39,003 bases of DNA from a virus (lineage: Duplodnaviria > Caudoviricetes). The translations under genes and the position numbers were made by a program. Shown one piece after another: positions 1 to 8,945 of the stretch. Numbering within the stretch: the first letter of the stretch is position 1; every line of letters starts with the position of its first letter. Location of the stretch: the IMG/VR virus record IMGVR_UViG_3300012665_001407, positions 1 through 39,003 of that record, one strand, 5' to 3'. The notes below the pieces were generated by a model. That model did not search any database. It saw nothing but the letters and a program-made list of their open reading frames with translations, and was not told where the DNA came from.

Positions 1-15
1 TTAAATTGTGTCATA

Positions 16-1029
16 TTATTGTTCTTCTTTTGTATCTGTAAATAATCGATTACCATTTATAAATAAGTTATTTCCTTTTATTTGGCTAATAACAGGTGAT
101 AGTTGACCTTCCTTTGATTGTAATCTATTTGCAATTGTGTCTGATGGTTCTAGATATAAACTATTTTTTGATATAATAGCCCACCATTGTACTTTTTTAA
201 TTTTAGCAACAATCAAATTATTAATACCACTTACAAATTCATTTACTAAATCTCCAGCATCTCCATTAGGTAAATATTTTATTATAGTATCGTACATGTT
301 TTGTAATGCTTTAATTTGAGTATCTTTTCCTATACGTAATATTCCATTTAAATCATCCTGAAATGATTGTGAGTTTAATGTTTTTAATAGGGAGTTAAGG
401 CTATTTCTACTCAGACCTGCTGTAAATTCTATACCAGTTAATACTACTAATAAATTAGTTATTTTTTTAAGTTCTTTTAATTCTTCAGCTGGTAATGAAC
501 CAAAATCTAAATTACCAATAGATGAATAGTTTTTAATACTTACTCCATCACTACCAACATCAACATCAGATTCAATTCCTGTTTCTTCAGTAGCAACACC
601 TCCTTTAGCTTTACCACCATACATTATAGCAAACCATAATTCTGATGGGTCACCATTCTGCATCTTAACAAAAGACATTATTAGCTTAAATAATTCACCT
701 TCAACATTTTGAATTGATGTCTTACCAGCTTTTAATTGTCTATTTCCTGAAGATTGGATTAATGAAAATAATTTATTTTTATCTGGTGATTTTTGAATGG
801 CATTATATAATGAATCTAAACCAGAAATAGATTGTTTTTCTGCAAGATATTTTTGTTGAATAAAAGTAGAAAATTCATCAACACTACTATCTATAGCTTC
901 ATTTAAATTAATACCATTTTCATCTAGTATTTCTTTTAATATGCGTAATTTTTTTGGATCGTTTAAATCAACGATACCATCGTGGCATCGAAATGACCAC
1001 TCATTTAATATTTCGTCTGTAACTTTCAT
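16..1029 (-). CDS. Hypothetical protein, probably head-internal, with a possible degenerate PD-(D/E)XK nuclease core. Likely start is ATG at 1029 (MKVTDEILNEW), not 1152.
   Basis: The extension to 1152 overlaps the upstream gene, whose stop ends at 1031, just before ATG 1029. N-terminus has ILNE/ILKE/LNE sites. Central SE...DVDV...VSIK resembles a nuclease D...(E/S)xK motif. Confidence 0.7.
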   Translation of the reverse strand: MKVTDEILNEWSFRCHDGIVDLNDPKKLRILKEILDENGINLNEAIDSSVDEFSTFIQQKYLAEKQSISGLDSLYNAIQKSPDKNKLFSLIQSSGNRQLKAGKTSIQNVEGELFKLIMSFVKMQNGDPSELWFAIMYGGKAKGGVATEETGIESDVDVGSDGVSIKNYSSIGNLDFGSLPAEELKELKKITNLLVVLTGIEFTAGLSRNSLNSLLKTLNSQSFQDDLNGILRIGKDTQIKALQNMYDTIIKYLPNGDAGDLVNEFVSGINNLIVAKIKKVQWWAIISKNSLYLEPSDTIANRLQSKEGQLSPVISQIKGNNLFINGNRLFTDTKEEQ

Positions 1030-1030
1030 A

Positions 1031-1555
1031 TTATGCTTCTGCTGGGATTTCTTCTTCAGGTGTTTCCTCTGCTGGTGCTCCTGCTGCTGGTTCAGCTGGT
1101 ATTTCACCTGCTGGAGCTGCGGTAGCGGCACTAAATGCTTCAGCGCCTGCATCTGGTTTTTCAGCTGCTTCTTTTTCCTCTACACCATAATTTAATTCTA
1201 ACATGTTAGAAATTGATTGTTGTGCTCTTTCTAATTCACCTAGATCTTGAACGTTATATTTTCTACCTGCTATCTTAACAGTAAACTTACCCTTACCATT
1301 ATAAATGATATTAAAGTCCTGTTCGTTAATTAATTTAGCTGAGAATGTTGTTGGTTTAGGAGCAACTAATCTAATATCAGTAACAAAACGACCAAAAGCA
1401 GGAGACATTAATTCTTCCATTACTTTTTTTAAACCAGGAAAGCGATATATTAAATACATCGCCTTCTCAGCTCGTTTTTGTTTCATTTCTTGTTCTTTAA
1501 TAGCCTTTTTAACAGCTACACGAACATATTTTTCTAATAATAATTTATTGCTCAT
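1031..1555 (-). CDS. Hypothetical phage protein with an acidic Ala/Glu/Pro-rich C-terminal tail
   Basis: 174-aa ORF in an operon. N-terminal amphipathic helix ends AIKE. Low-complexity tail. Confidence 0.75.
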   Translation of the reverse strand: MSNKLLLEKYVRVAVKKAIKEQEMKQKRAEKAMYLIYRFPGLKKVMEELMSPAFGRFVTDIRLVAPKPTTFSAKLINEQDFNIIYNGKGKFTVKIAGRKYNVQDLGELERAQQSISNMLELNYGVEEKEAAEKPDAGAEAFSAATAAPAGEIPAEPAAGAPAEETPEEEIPAEA

Positions 1556-1991
1556 TGTTGTTTAGTTCGTGAAAACCTTGAGCTGCTTGCTCAATATAGT
1601 TTTCTGCTTTAGCAATGTGGTCTTGAATCCAACCTGGAATATTGCGTTCTGTGTTTCCTAATTTTTCTCTTAAATCAACAATTGCTTCTGCAATTGCTTC
1701 TAGACTAGATACAGCCATTGCTACTTCGTGATCACCACCTTCTTTAATATTAGCAGATACTGCTTTACGACGTTTAGACAAATATTTATCTGTCTTATCT
1801 ACTTTACCATCGTTATTGATGTCATCATCTTCTTTACCTACTGGGTCTAATCCTTCAGCTTTTGAAGCAGCAATAGCATAAAGAGCAGGGTCGTCCTTTT
1901 TGAACTTCCCTGTCTTTTTTAATGCTTTAACTATTTTTTCTTCCTTAGCGGATAAATCGCGTTCGGTTAGTATGTCAAGTAATTTAATCAT
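1545..1991 (-). CDS. Modular putative head-internal protein: [10 protein letters not shown] tag, EF-hand/dockerin-like DxNxDGxxD loop, helical module
   Basis: Sequence shows [24 protein letters not shown] and [16 protein letters not shown]. Confidence 0.7.
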   Translation of the reverse strand: MIKLLDILTERDLSAKEEKIVKALKKTGKFKKDDPALYAIAASKAEGLDPVGKEDDDINNDGKVDKTDKYLSKRRKAVSANIKEGGDHEVAMAVSSLEAIAEAIVDLREKLGNTERNIPGWIQDHIAKAENYIEQAAQGFHELNNNEQ

Positions 1992-2002
1992 TGTTATTTA
2001 TA

Positions 2003-2839
2003 TTAATCGCCTGTGTATCTTCCGAATGCTGTATCGTATCCTCCACCTGGTCCGTATCTATCATTAAACGCAGCTTGTGCTTTTGCTTTTTCTTCTGGTG
2101 TTCTTGTATCAGGTTGTGGTTTAGAAGGTTCCATTGGCTTTAATGTAGCAGGTACTCCATCAATAACAATCTTTTCAGGAGTTCCAACATAATCCATAAT
2201 CTTTAAAGATTGACTACCATCAGCAGGAATTAATCTTCCTAATCCAGGTACTACCTTTCCTATTTTGATACCATCAACAGTTACTTCTTTACCTGCTTCA
2301 ACAGCAGCTCTAGCAGCTTTTAAAATAGCATTAACATCAGTACTTGAGAAAGCTGCCTCTTTTAATTCTTTACTTTTTTTTTTAGAATCGTCAGCTTTAG
2401 GCTCTTCTTTCTTTTCAGCTTTTTTAGGCTCTGCTTTTTTATCGTCTTTTTTAGCAGGAGCTTTCTTAGCGTCTTTTTTAGGAGCTTTAGGAGCTTTTTC
2501 GATTAAACCAACCATTTCTTTGATCTTTTCAGTTTCAGATGAAACTTTACCTTCAACTTCAGAAATTTGTTTGTCTAACATCTCAGACAATTTAGCATGA
2601 GCAGCTTTAATTTTTTCTAATTCAGTAACGAATTTTTGCATATGTGCATATTCAGCTACGAATTGTTGTTCACCGCCTTCAGCGATTTGTAATTGACCTA
2701 AAGATTCTTTCATATTCTTTAAACCAGCTAATTCTTTCTTAAGGTGTACTAATTTTCCACCGCTTTTTGGTAAACCGCCTTTCTCCATTGCTTCAGCAAT
2801 AGCTAATTTAACGATGTTGCGTACTTCTGTAATATTCAT
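2003..2839 (-). CDS. Coiled-coil protein with a histone H1-like Lys/Ala/Pro segment (scaffold or internal protein candidate)
   Basis: Helical heptad-rich N-half, then KAPKAPKKDAKKAPAKKDDKKAEPKKAEKK, then ELKEA before a distinct C-terminal domain. ATATTTATA motif upstream. Confidence 0.7.
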   Translation of the reverse strand: MNITEVRNIVKLAIAEAMEKGGLPKSGGKLVHLKKELAGLKNMKESLGQLQIAEGGEQQFVAEYAHMQKFVTELEKIKAAHAKLSEMLDKQISEVEGKVSSETEKIKEMVGLIEKAPKAPKKDAKKAPAKKDDKKAEPKKAEKKEEPKADDSKKKSKELKEAAFSSTDVNAILKAARAAVEAGKEVTVDGIKIGKVVPGLGRLIPADGSQSLKIMDYVGTPEKIVIDGVPATLKPMEPSKPQPDTRTPEEKAKAQAAFNDRYGPGGGYDTAFGRYTGD

Positions 2840-2857
2840 TTTTATTATGTTTATGTG

Positions 2858-2866
2858 TATAAATAT
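2858..2866 (-). promoter_or_regulatory. ATATTTATA putative late-promoter motif
   Basis: Intergenic, 18 nt before ATG 2839. Confidence 0.6.
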
Positions 2867-2886
2867 GTTAAATTGTTAATTTAATG

Positions 2887-5586
2887 CTATGATTTTTTAG
2901 TGGCTTTAGTTAAACTAGGTGTACCAATTAAATCTGTGGTAATTTTACCAGTAGCAATTGCTTTTTTAGCACTAACTTCGTCTATGTGTTTTGCTAGCAT
3001 ATCTCTTACCTCTTGTGCATGTTTTGGATTATTATTTAAATATTCACGCACAATATACGAACGATGCTCAGCCAAACCACGTTGTGTTAAAACTTGTACT
3101 AAGTCTGATGGTGAATTTAAAGGCATTGCAGCATTACCATTAGCATTACCTGTTAATATAAAGTTATAATTACCTGGTTGTACATTAATAGATGCTATGA
3201 TTTGTCCACTAGCTAATCTAATAAAGTAAATTTTACTGCTACCTATAGCTATTACTCTGCCTACAGTACCTCTATTTCCTAATTGGTTATTACGACGAGC
3301 AGCACCTCTATCGCCATTTGGGGCAACACGTGATGCATTAGTTACGTTTAATCTTCTTATAATAGATCTTGGTAAACGTAAAAATGCTGTATCTAATCCT
3401 GTTTCTTGCATTACTTCACCAACATTAATATCACCTGCGGCTGCTGGAGCTGCTGGTGTCTGTTGACGAGGAGCACCACCACCTGCTGGTCTTCCTCTTC
3501 TACCTGCTGTTGCTGCTGTTGCTGCTGGGGCTGGTAAGCCTAACATAGCAGCTGCTTGAACTGGTGAAATATTAGCTTTAACTAATTTACCTGAAGCGCT
3601 TGATACACCATAACTTTCTCTTGGGTTTTGAGTATTAACTATATATCCAGTACCTTGGTACATTACTGGTTTCATTAAATTACCTTCAACCATTGGGGGA
3701 TTAGCTTCGATCATTGCATTACCTACTCTAGCATTTCCCGTAGCTTGACCTGCTGATCTAACTACTCCAATAACATCATTATCATTAAATTTTTTATTCT
3801 GATTGGCTAAATAGGCATACCATGCTCTGTATACTGCTGGATCTGATGAATAACCTCCATTATTTGGAATTACCCATTGAGCTTCACCTTCATAGTCTCC
3901 GTATACTGCTGTTTGTTGTAAATTTAAAGAACCTCTATTTGTAGTCATTATTAAAATCTTATCGTTTTCAGTAGTAATTACAACTGCAGGATTACCTCTC
4001 CATTCAACTGTTCTTCTATCTAAAGGTATAGCTCTTAGTACTGATATGAATGATTTTCTATCTATGCTGATTGGGATTCTAGTATTATATGATAATAAAG
4101 AAAGAGCATTTTGTTGTAATCCTTCATTATTTTTAGCATCGTCAAAAGCAGATTGTACTTCTTCATTATCAAATGGTACAGGCAATATACCACCATCTTT
4201 ATCAATTTTATAAGAAGCAAATGAATTTGAATCTAATATAATTTCACCATCTTCTATTTGTTTAACTATAATAGCAGAGTTAGGATTAGTTTTAGCATCA
4301 TCAAGTAGTTTTGTAACTACATCTCTATTAATAACATCATCCACAACCAATTTCATTAAATTTTTAAATGGAATTTTGTCTAATTCAGGATAATCAAGTA
4401 AGAATCTAGATGTACGTTTATTTAATTTAACATTAGGGTAATCATCTTCTTCCGTGTATACACTTACTTTAATATTATCCCCTAATAATAATTTAACTAT
4501 AGCAGAACCATCTTTAGTAACATATATTCTATCGTCTGATTTTATATCCCATTTATTTAGAGATGTTAATAATTTTTTAACATCCCATGGAAAATAGTCT
4601 GATTTTAGATATTTTAAATCAATTTTGTCTCTTAAATTAGCTGTAATTGATTTTCTATCTTGATTAGAGAATTTATCTAGATTTTTTAATAATTCTTTTG
4701 AATCTACAAGACCCGGTGTTATTGCTACAAAGTTAGCAATTTGTGGATATTTAGGAAGATATTTCTCTATGAAAGTAGTATTATCAATATCATTAAAAAA
4801 TTGACCTCTTGATCCTCTAACTACTAAATATTGTTTTTTAGTTTCAAATGGAAAATTTGACCATTCTCTAATACCAACTGCATCGTATGCATATTTTTGA
4901 GTAAGTTTTTCTTGACTAGAGATAGGAATATACTTCATAATGCTTTTAACATTAGGAATATTACTCAACCAAGGAATTTCTCTATTAAGTTGTTCCCAAC
5001 TCATTGGTTGTGATTCGTATGGACTATTTTTTCTATTAGTATAAACGTATTTTTGATCCTCTCTTTCAACATCTCTAACCTGAATAGCAACAAAGCTTAA
5101 TTTGTTGTCATCAGACATGCTATTATTTTTAGCTAAATAAAATACCGGATATCCTCTACCACTTGAGTAACGGTAGCTACTAAATGAACCTCTAGTAATA
5201 CACCATTTTTCTCCTTGACCATATTTAATACAGTTACCTTCTTTAGAACCATTCCAAATAATATAAGGTTCTTCATGATATACTACATCAGGTGTATCGT
5301 CTTCTTTTTCAGGAACTGCTTCAGCGCCTGCTGATGATGTAACCAATTTAATTAATTTTGATAAAGTATATTTACGTAAATCTTTATCAGTTATCTTAGG
5401 TGAATTTTTTAATGCATCAAAACGTGTAATATAAGCTTTTAATTGATCATCAGTAATTTCAATACCTAAATCATCAGCTTCTTCTCTAAATTGAGCCATT
5501 AACTTTTTTAATTCGCCTTCAGAATATTCATTCAGAGGGAATAAGTTATGGACTACATGTAATATAAATTTGTCTATTGGTCTCAT
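2887..5586 (-). CDS. Large hypothetical protein (899 aa) with a YGxxxKWCIT motif and an AT-hook-like RRGRP
   Basis: Long ORF containing CIKYGQGEKWCIT, GRRGRPA inside an Ala/Pro linker, and PLNE near the N-terminus. Confidence 0.8.
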   Translation of the reverse strand: MRPIDKFILHVVHNLFPLNEYSEGELKKLMAQFREEADDLGIEITDDQLKAYITRFDALKNSPKITDKDLRKYTLSKLIKLVTSSAGAEAVPEKEDDTPDVVYHEEPYIIWNGSKEGNCIKYGQGEKWCITRGSFSSYRYSSGRGYPVFYLAKNNSMSDDNKLSFVAIQVRDVEREDQKYVYTNRKNSPYESQPMSWEQLNREIPWLSNIPNVKSIMKYIPISSQEKLTQKYAYDAVGIREWSNFPFETKKQYLVVRGSRGQFFNDIDNTTFIEKYLPKYPQIANFVAITPGLVDSKELLKNLDKFSNQDRKSITANLRDKIDLKYLKSDYFPWDVKKLLTSLNKWDIKSDDRIYVTKDGSAIVKLLLGDNIKVSVYTEEDDYPNVKLNKRTSRFLLDYPELDKIPFKNLMKLVVDDVINRDVVTKLLDDAKTNPNSAIIVKQIEDGEIILDSNSFASYKIDKDGGILPVPFDNEEVQSAFDDAKNNEGLQQNALSLLSYNTRIPISIDRKSFISVLRAIPLDRRTVEWRGNPAVVITTENDKILIMTTNRGSLNLQQTAVYGDYEGEAQWVIPNNGGYSSDPAVYRAWYAYLANQNKKFNDNDVIGVVRSAGQATGNARVGNAMIEANPPMVEGNLMKPVMYQGTGYIVNTQNPRESYGVSSASGKLVKANISPVQAAAMLGLPAPAATAATAGRRGRPAGGGAPRQQTPAAPAAAGDINVGEVMQETGLDTAFLRLPRSIIRRLNVTNASRVAPNGDRGAARRNNQLGNRGTVGRVIAIGSSKIYFIRLASGQIIASINVQPGNYNFILTGNANGNAAMPLNSPSDLVQVLTQRGLAEHRSYIVREYLNNNPKHAQEVRDMLAKHIDEVSAKKAIATGKITTDLIGTPSLTKATKKS

Positions 5587-5595
5587 AATGTATTT

Positions 5596-6210
5596 TTACC
5601 ACTTTCTACAAGACCAGTATCTAGCTTTAGTACGTGGTCCTGGGTTAGCACAATTGTGTCTTGCTCTAAAGGCTTTACGTCTTACTGGGTTATTCTTTTT
5701 GATATTCATTCCCTTAGCGCCAAAGTTAACTTTTACAACTTTACCGGTTTTAGGATTCTTAACGTATACTTTAAATTTCTTACTGTCACCGCGCATTGGT
5801 TTACCTAATGGTACTGTACGGCCTTGATATTTTGCTTCTAATAAACAATCACAATCAGCTTCATTTAGTTGTTGTTGATATTCACGCATGAATTGAACGA
5901 ATTCTTTTATATCGTCTTCGTTTTCAACGTCATATTCTTCTATACTATCTTTATAACGGTAGCTATTATCATAATCACATTTATGACAAATATATGGATC
6001 ACGTCCACCATCTTCTAATTCCCATCTCCATCCACACTTTTCACACTCAATAGTATCGTCATCTTCACCAATGAAAAAAGATTCATTTTTAACAGGAACA
6101 CAGTTATTTACACGTTTACCTGTTTTAGAAGATATTTTAGTTTTTGGATTACCTTGTTTGTAACCATCCCAACATTCCATTTCAGATAATATATCTAATA
6201 GTTTTATCAT
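5596..6210 (-). CDS. Modular putative head-internal protein: [10 protein letters not shown] tag, CWxGY...NCVP module, CxxC-CxxC Zn ribbon, basic RARHNC...RYWSC module
   Basis: Motifs are read directly from the translation. The CWxGY and RARHNC modules resemble short modules I recall from T4-like phage proteins. Confidence 0.75.
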   Translation of the reverse strand: MIKLLDILSEMECWDGYKQGNPKTKISSKTGKRVNNCVPVKNESFFIGEDDDTIECEKCGWRWELEDGGRDPYICHKCDYDNSYRYKDSIEEYDVENEDDIKEFVQFMREYQQQLNEADCDCLLEAKYQGRTVPLGKPMRGDSKKFKVYVKNPKTGKVVKVNFGAKGMNIKKNNPVRRKAFRARHNCANPGPRTKARYWSCRKW

Positions 6211-6485
6211 ATACTTCCAATACGTTTATCAGTTAAGTATTTAATTTCAGTACGTAATGAAGCTACTTCGGATACTAGGTCTAATATTTGTTGACGCATC
6301 TCATCTTTTTCCTGAGATGATCTTTCTAGTAGTGCTTCTAGTTTAGCGATACGATCTTTGCAGTCATGGCGAATAAATTCATCATCACGTTCTTTGCGTT
6401 GTGCTCGCTTTTCGTAAAATCTAAATGCTGATGTTCCACTCAAAACTGTGATTGCTGTGATAAGTACCGACCAAACGTTGTCCAT
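6207..6485 (-). CDS. Small membrane-anchored coiled-coil protein (holin- or spanin-like architecture, function unproven)
   Basis: Hydrophobic N-terminus VWSVLITAITVLSG followed by heptad repeats. ATGA overlap with the next gene. Confidence 0.65.
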   Translation of the reverse strand: MDNVWSVLITAITVLSGTSAFRFYEKRAQRKERDDEFIRHDCKDRIAKLEALLERSSQEKDEMRQQILDLVSEVASLRTEIKYLTDKRIGSI

Positions 6486-6512
6486 TCAAAAAAATTTATA
6501 GTGAATTATGAC

Positions 6513-6521
6513 TATAAATAT
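6513..6521 (-). promoter_or_regulatory. ATATTTATA putative late-promoter motif
   Basis: 27 nt before ATG 6485. Confidence 0.6.
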
Positions 6522-7102
6522 TAGGAAGCAATGTGGGCCTTTAATTCTTGTATGTGTTCCTGTATATCTTGAGATATTTTCTTAGTATCTAACCCATTAC
6601 CACCCCATTTTTCAATATCGCCCTGTTCCGTTACGAAACTTTCATTACTTTCTAATGCTATTTCTAATAAAGCATCTTCTAAGTCTTTAATATATGTTTT
6701 AATACCTCGATTAGTTATATTACGAACATACTCTTCATATTTACCTGTGCGCTTTAATTCAGTCTCCATTGTAATTACACAATCAAAACACATACTGTGT
6801 ATAGGCCACATTTTTTTATTTAAAGTATCGTTTTTTAATGCTTTACCACAACTAGGACAAGCTAAAGGTAACATTATAGATTCCTTTAATTTATCAAAAC
6901 GAGTAACAGTTTGCTTAATACCATTTTTTAGAGTCCAATTTTTACCACCTTCTTCCCAAACATCACCTTCTTTATGTTCTACTTGAGCTTTAGTATAACC
7001 AACTTGAGTTGTTGTTTTTGCATTATAATCTTTTGTAATAATGTTACGCATACGTTGAACGTCGCGTCCTTTAAACTCACGTTGTAGTTTTGATTCTTCC
7101 AT
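6521..7102 (-). CDS. Hypothetical Zn-binding protein
   Basis: CPSC...H..CFDC cysteine pattern. TAATG overlap with the upstream gene. Confidence 0.7.
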   Translation of the reverse strand: MEESKLQREFKGRDVQRMRNIITKDYNAKTTTQVGYTKAQVEHKEGDVWEEGGKNWTLKNGIKQTVTRFDKLKESIMLPLACPSCGKALKNDTLNKKMWPIHSMCFDCVITMETELKRTGKYEEYVRNITNRGIKTYIKDLEDALLEIALESNESFVTEQGDIEKWGGNGLDTKKISQDIQEHIQELKAHIAS

Positions 7103-7569
7103 TATAACCCTAATTTTTTAAGTTGACTGATTGTATCAGCAGCTGAAGTATGAAATATACCAACACCACCAGCGGCATTCCATTCATCAATAGTTTGCTT
7201 CATATCATCAATTAATATGCGGTTTGGTCCAGCAAATAATTTTTTATTAGCTCTATTATAGAAATATGCTTTTTTAAAACTGTTTTGTAAGTTTACTTTC
7301 AACCAAGCTTCCTTACCTATTTTAGATGAAGGATCCTGAGATGGGGCTGATAGAATGTTTGGTTTGTATTTTTTAATATAACGCCACAACTCTTGTCCAT
7401 CAGGCATCCATTTTAGGTTAGCCCAAAACGATGCGCCTTCTTCACTTATGGGTTCCCAAAAAGAAGAATCTCCTTTAACAAATTGCTTAGTGTGAACTCC
7501 TGTTAAATCGTAATAACCTTTTTCAAAATCGACAAGGACTCCATCCATGTCACAGTAAATAATATACAT
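7102..7569 (-). CDS. HAD-superfamily 5'(3')-deoxyribonucleotidase (NT5C-like)
   Basis: Motif I DMDGVLVDF, motif II ILSAP, conserved Lys, motif IV LIDD, and W..AGG.GI. Confidence 0.85.
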   Translation of the reverse strand: MYIIYCDMDGVLVDFEKGYYDLTGVHTKQFVKGDSSFWEPISEEGASFWANLKWMPDGQELWRYIKKYKPNILSAPSQDPSSKIGKEAWLKVNLQNSFKKAYFYNRANKKLFAGPNRILIDDMKQTIDEWNAAGGVGIFHTSAADTISQLKKLGL

Positions 7570-7571
7570 AA

Positions 7572-8945
7572 CTATTGATAAATTTCTTCGTGTTGTTTGC
7601 CGAAGTCTCTTAACAAGACTCCTGCTTTAGCGTTTGCTTCATTTTCAATGTCGCTTCCGGTTTTGCCACTTTCGTAGCTTATTCTTCCATCCTCATCTTG
7701 CTTGCGGTGAACTAATTCATGTGCTAATGTTCTTAAAATATCAGCCATATTTCTATTCGCGCAATACACCCATATCTTATTATCATTTGGACTAAAATAA
7801 CCAAAACTCCTCATTTCCTTCGCCTTATTTGTGTCGTATGACAAGGATAAGTTACGGGGAGGATTTTGAATTTCCAAGTTTTTAATTGCAAATTTAATAA
7901 ATTCACCTATAGTCGCTGTTTCACTTTCATTTAATTTACCTTCTTTTAATGGAAATGGTTTAGGACCATCTAGATCCAACACACCCATTAATACCTTAGG
8001 TATTTTACCTAATGCTTTATAGAACATTAAACGTGTATTACCAGCAACTAAGTAGTATTTATCTTGACCATAATTTAATACCATTGGTGGACTAACAACA
8101 GCATCCTCATTTTTAATAGCATCTAATGTTGGTTTCCAATTTTTACCATATTCTTTAGCTAATTTAATAGCATCATCTAATGAATTAATTTCATATGAAT
8201 CGCTATTTTCTAATTTAGACCAAATATCATCGCTTAATACAACCATACTACCTGCTGTAAAAGCATATCTAACATCTGGAATAGGAATATTAAGGTCTTG
8301 AGCTGTACGTTCAATTTCACTTTCTTCACTCATAACATAGTCAGCAAATGTATCATCTTGGTTTTGATATTTTCTTTCTTTTAAATCAACATCTACAGGT
8401 GTAGCATCGGTATTTGCTTTAACTCTTTTACTTAATGCTTGTAAGAAATCTACTATATTAATTCCATCTGGAAGATATTGTTTAATAGCGTCTTCATTAT
8501 TAGTTTGTAAAGCAACACGTAATTCAGATGCGTTTGTACCTTCAATATTACCTGCATTAAACACTTCTGTATTTGGAAGTTTTTGAGCACTATTAAAACG
8601 TGAATCTTCATCTTTACCTGCAGCTAAAATAAATTTAGTATCAGGATTATCTTTTGCTACTCTATATGCTTCTTGAACTGGACTTCCAGCTGCAACTCTA
8701 ACTTCAACAGAACCATCTAATAATGTCTTATATAATTCCCATATAGCAAGACTTTCATCTACAGTTACACCTTCACGTGTTTTAGGAGAAATTAATACAA
8801 CTACTTGATCTGCTTTTTCTAATAATTTTTTAACCACAGCAAAGTGACCTTTATGAGGTGGTTTAAAAGCACCAGGGAATAAAGCGATAGTTGATTGGTC
8901 TTCTGCTTCTAATAGTTGTTGTGCTATATATTGTCCTAAGTTCAT
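7572..8945 (-). CDS. Three-domain fusion: HxGH cytidylyltransferase-like nucleotidyltransferase, ParB/Srx-like domain, HExxH zinc metallopeptidase-like domain
   Basis: LFPGAFKPPHKGH and NASELR (HIGH-family NTase); PPMVL...YYLVAGNTRL (ParB-like GxxR); RTLAHELVH...ENEAN (zincin). Confidence 0.8.
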   Translation of the reverse strand: MNLGQYIAQQLLEAEDQSTIALFPGAFKPPHKGHFAVVKKLLEKADQVVVLISPKTREGVTVDESLAIWELYKTLLDGSVEVRVAAGSPVQEAYRVAKDNPDTKFILAAGKDEDSRFNSAQKLPNTEVFNAGNIEGTNASELRVALQTNNEDAIKQYLPDGINIVDFLQALSKRVKANTDATPVDVDLKERKYQNQDDTFADYVMSEESEIERTAQDLNIPIPDVRYAFTAGSMVVLSDDIWSKLENSDSYEINSLDDAIKLAKEYGKNWKPTLDAIKNEDAVVSPPMVLNYGQDKYYLVAGNTRLMFYKALGKIPKVLMGVLDLDGPKPFPLKEGKLNESETATIGEFIKFAIKNLEIQNPPRNLSLSYDTNKAKEMRSFGYFSPNDNKIWVYCANRNMADILRTLAHELVHRKQDEDGRISYESGKTGSDIENEANAKAGVLLRDFGKQHEEIYQ

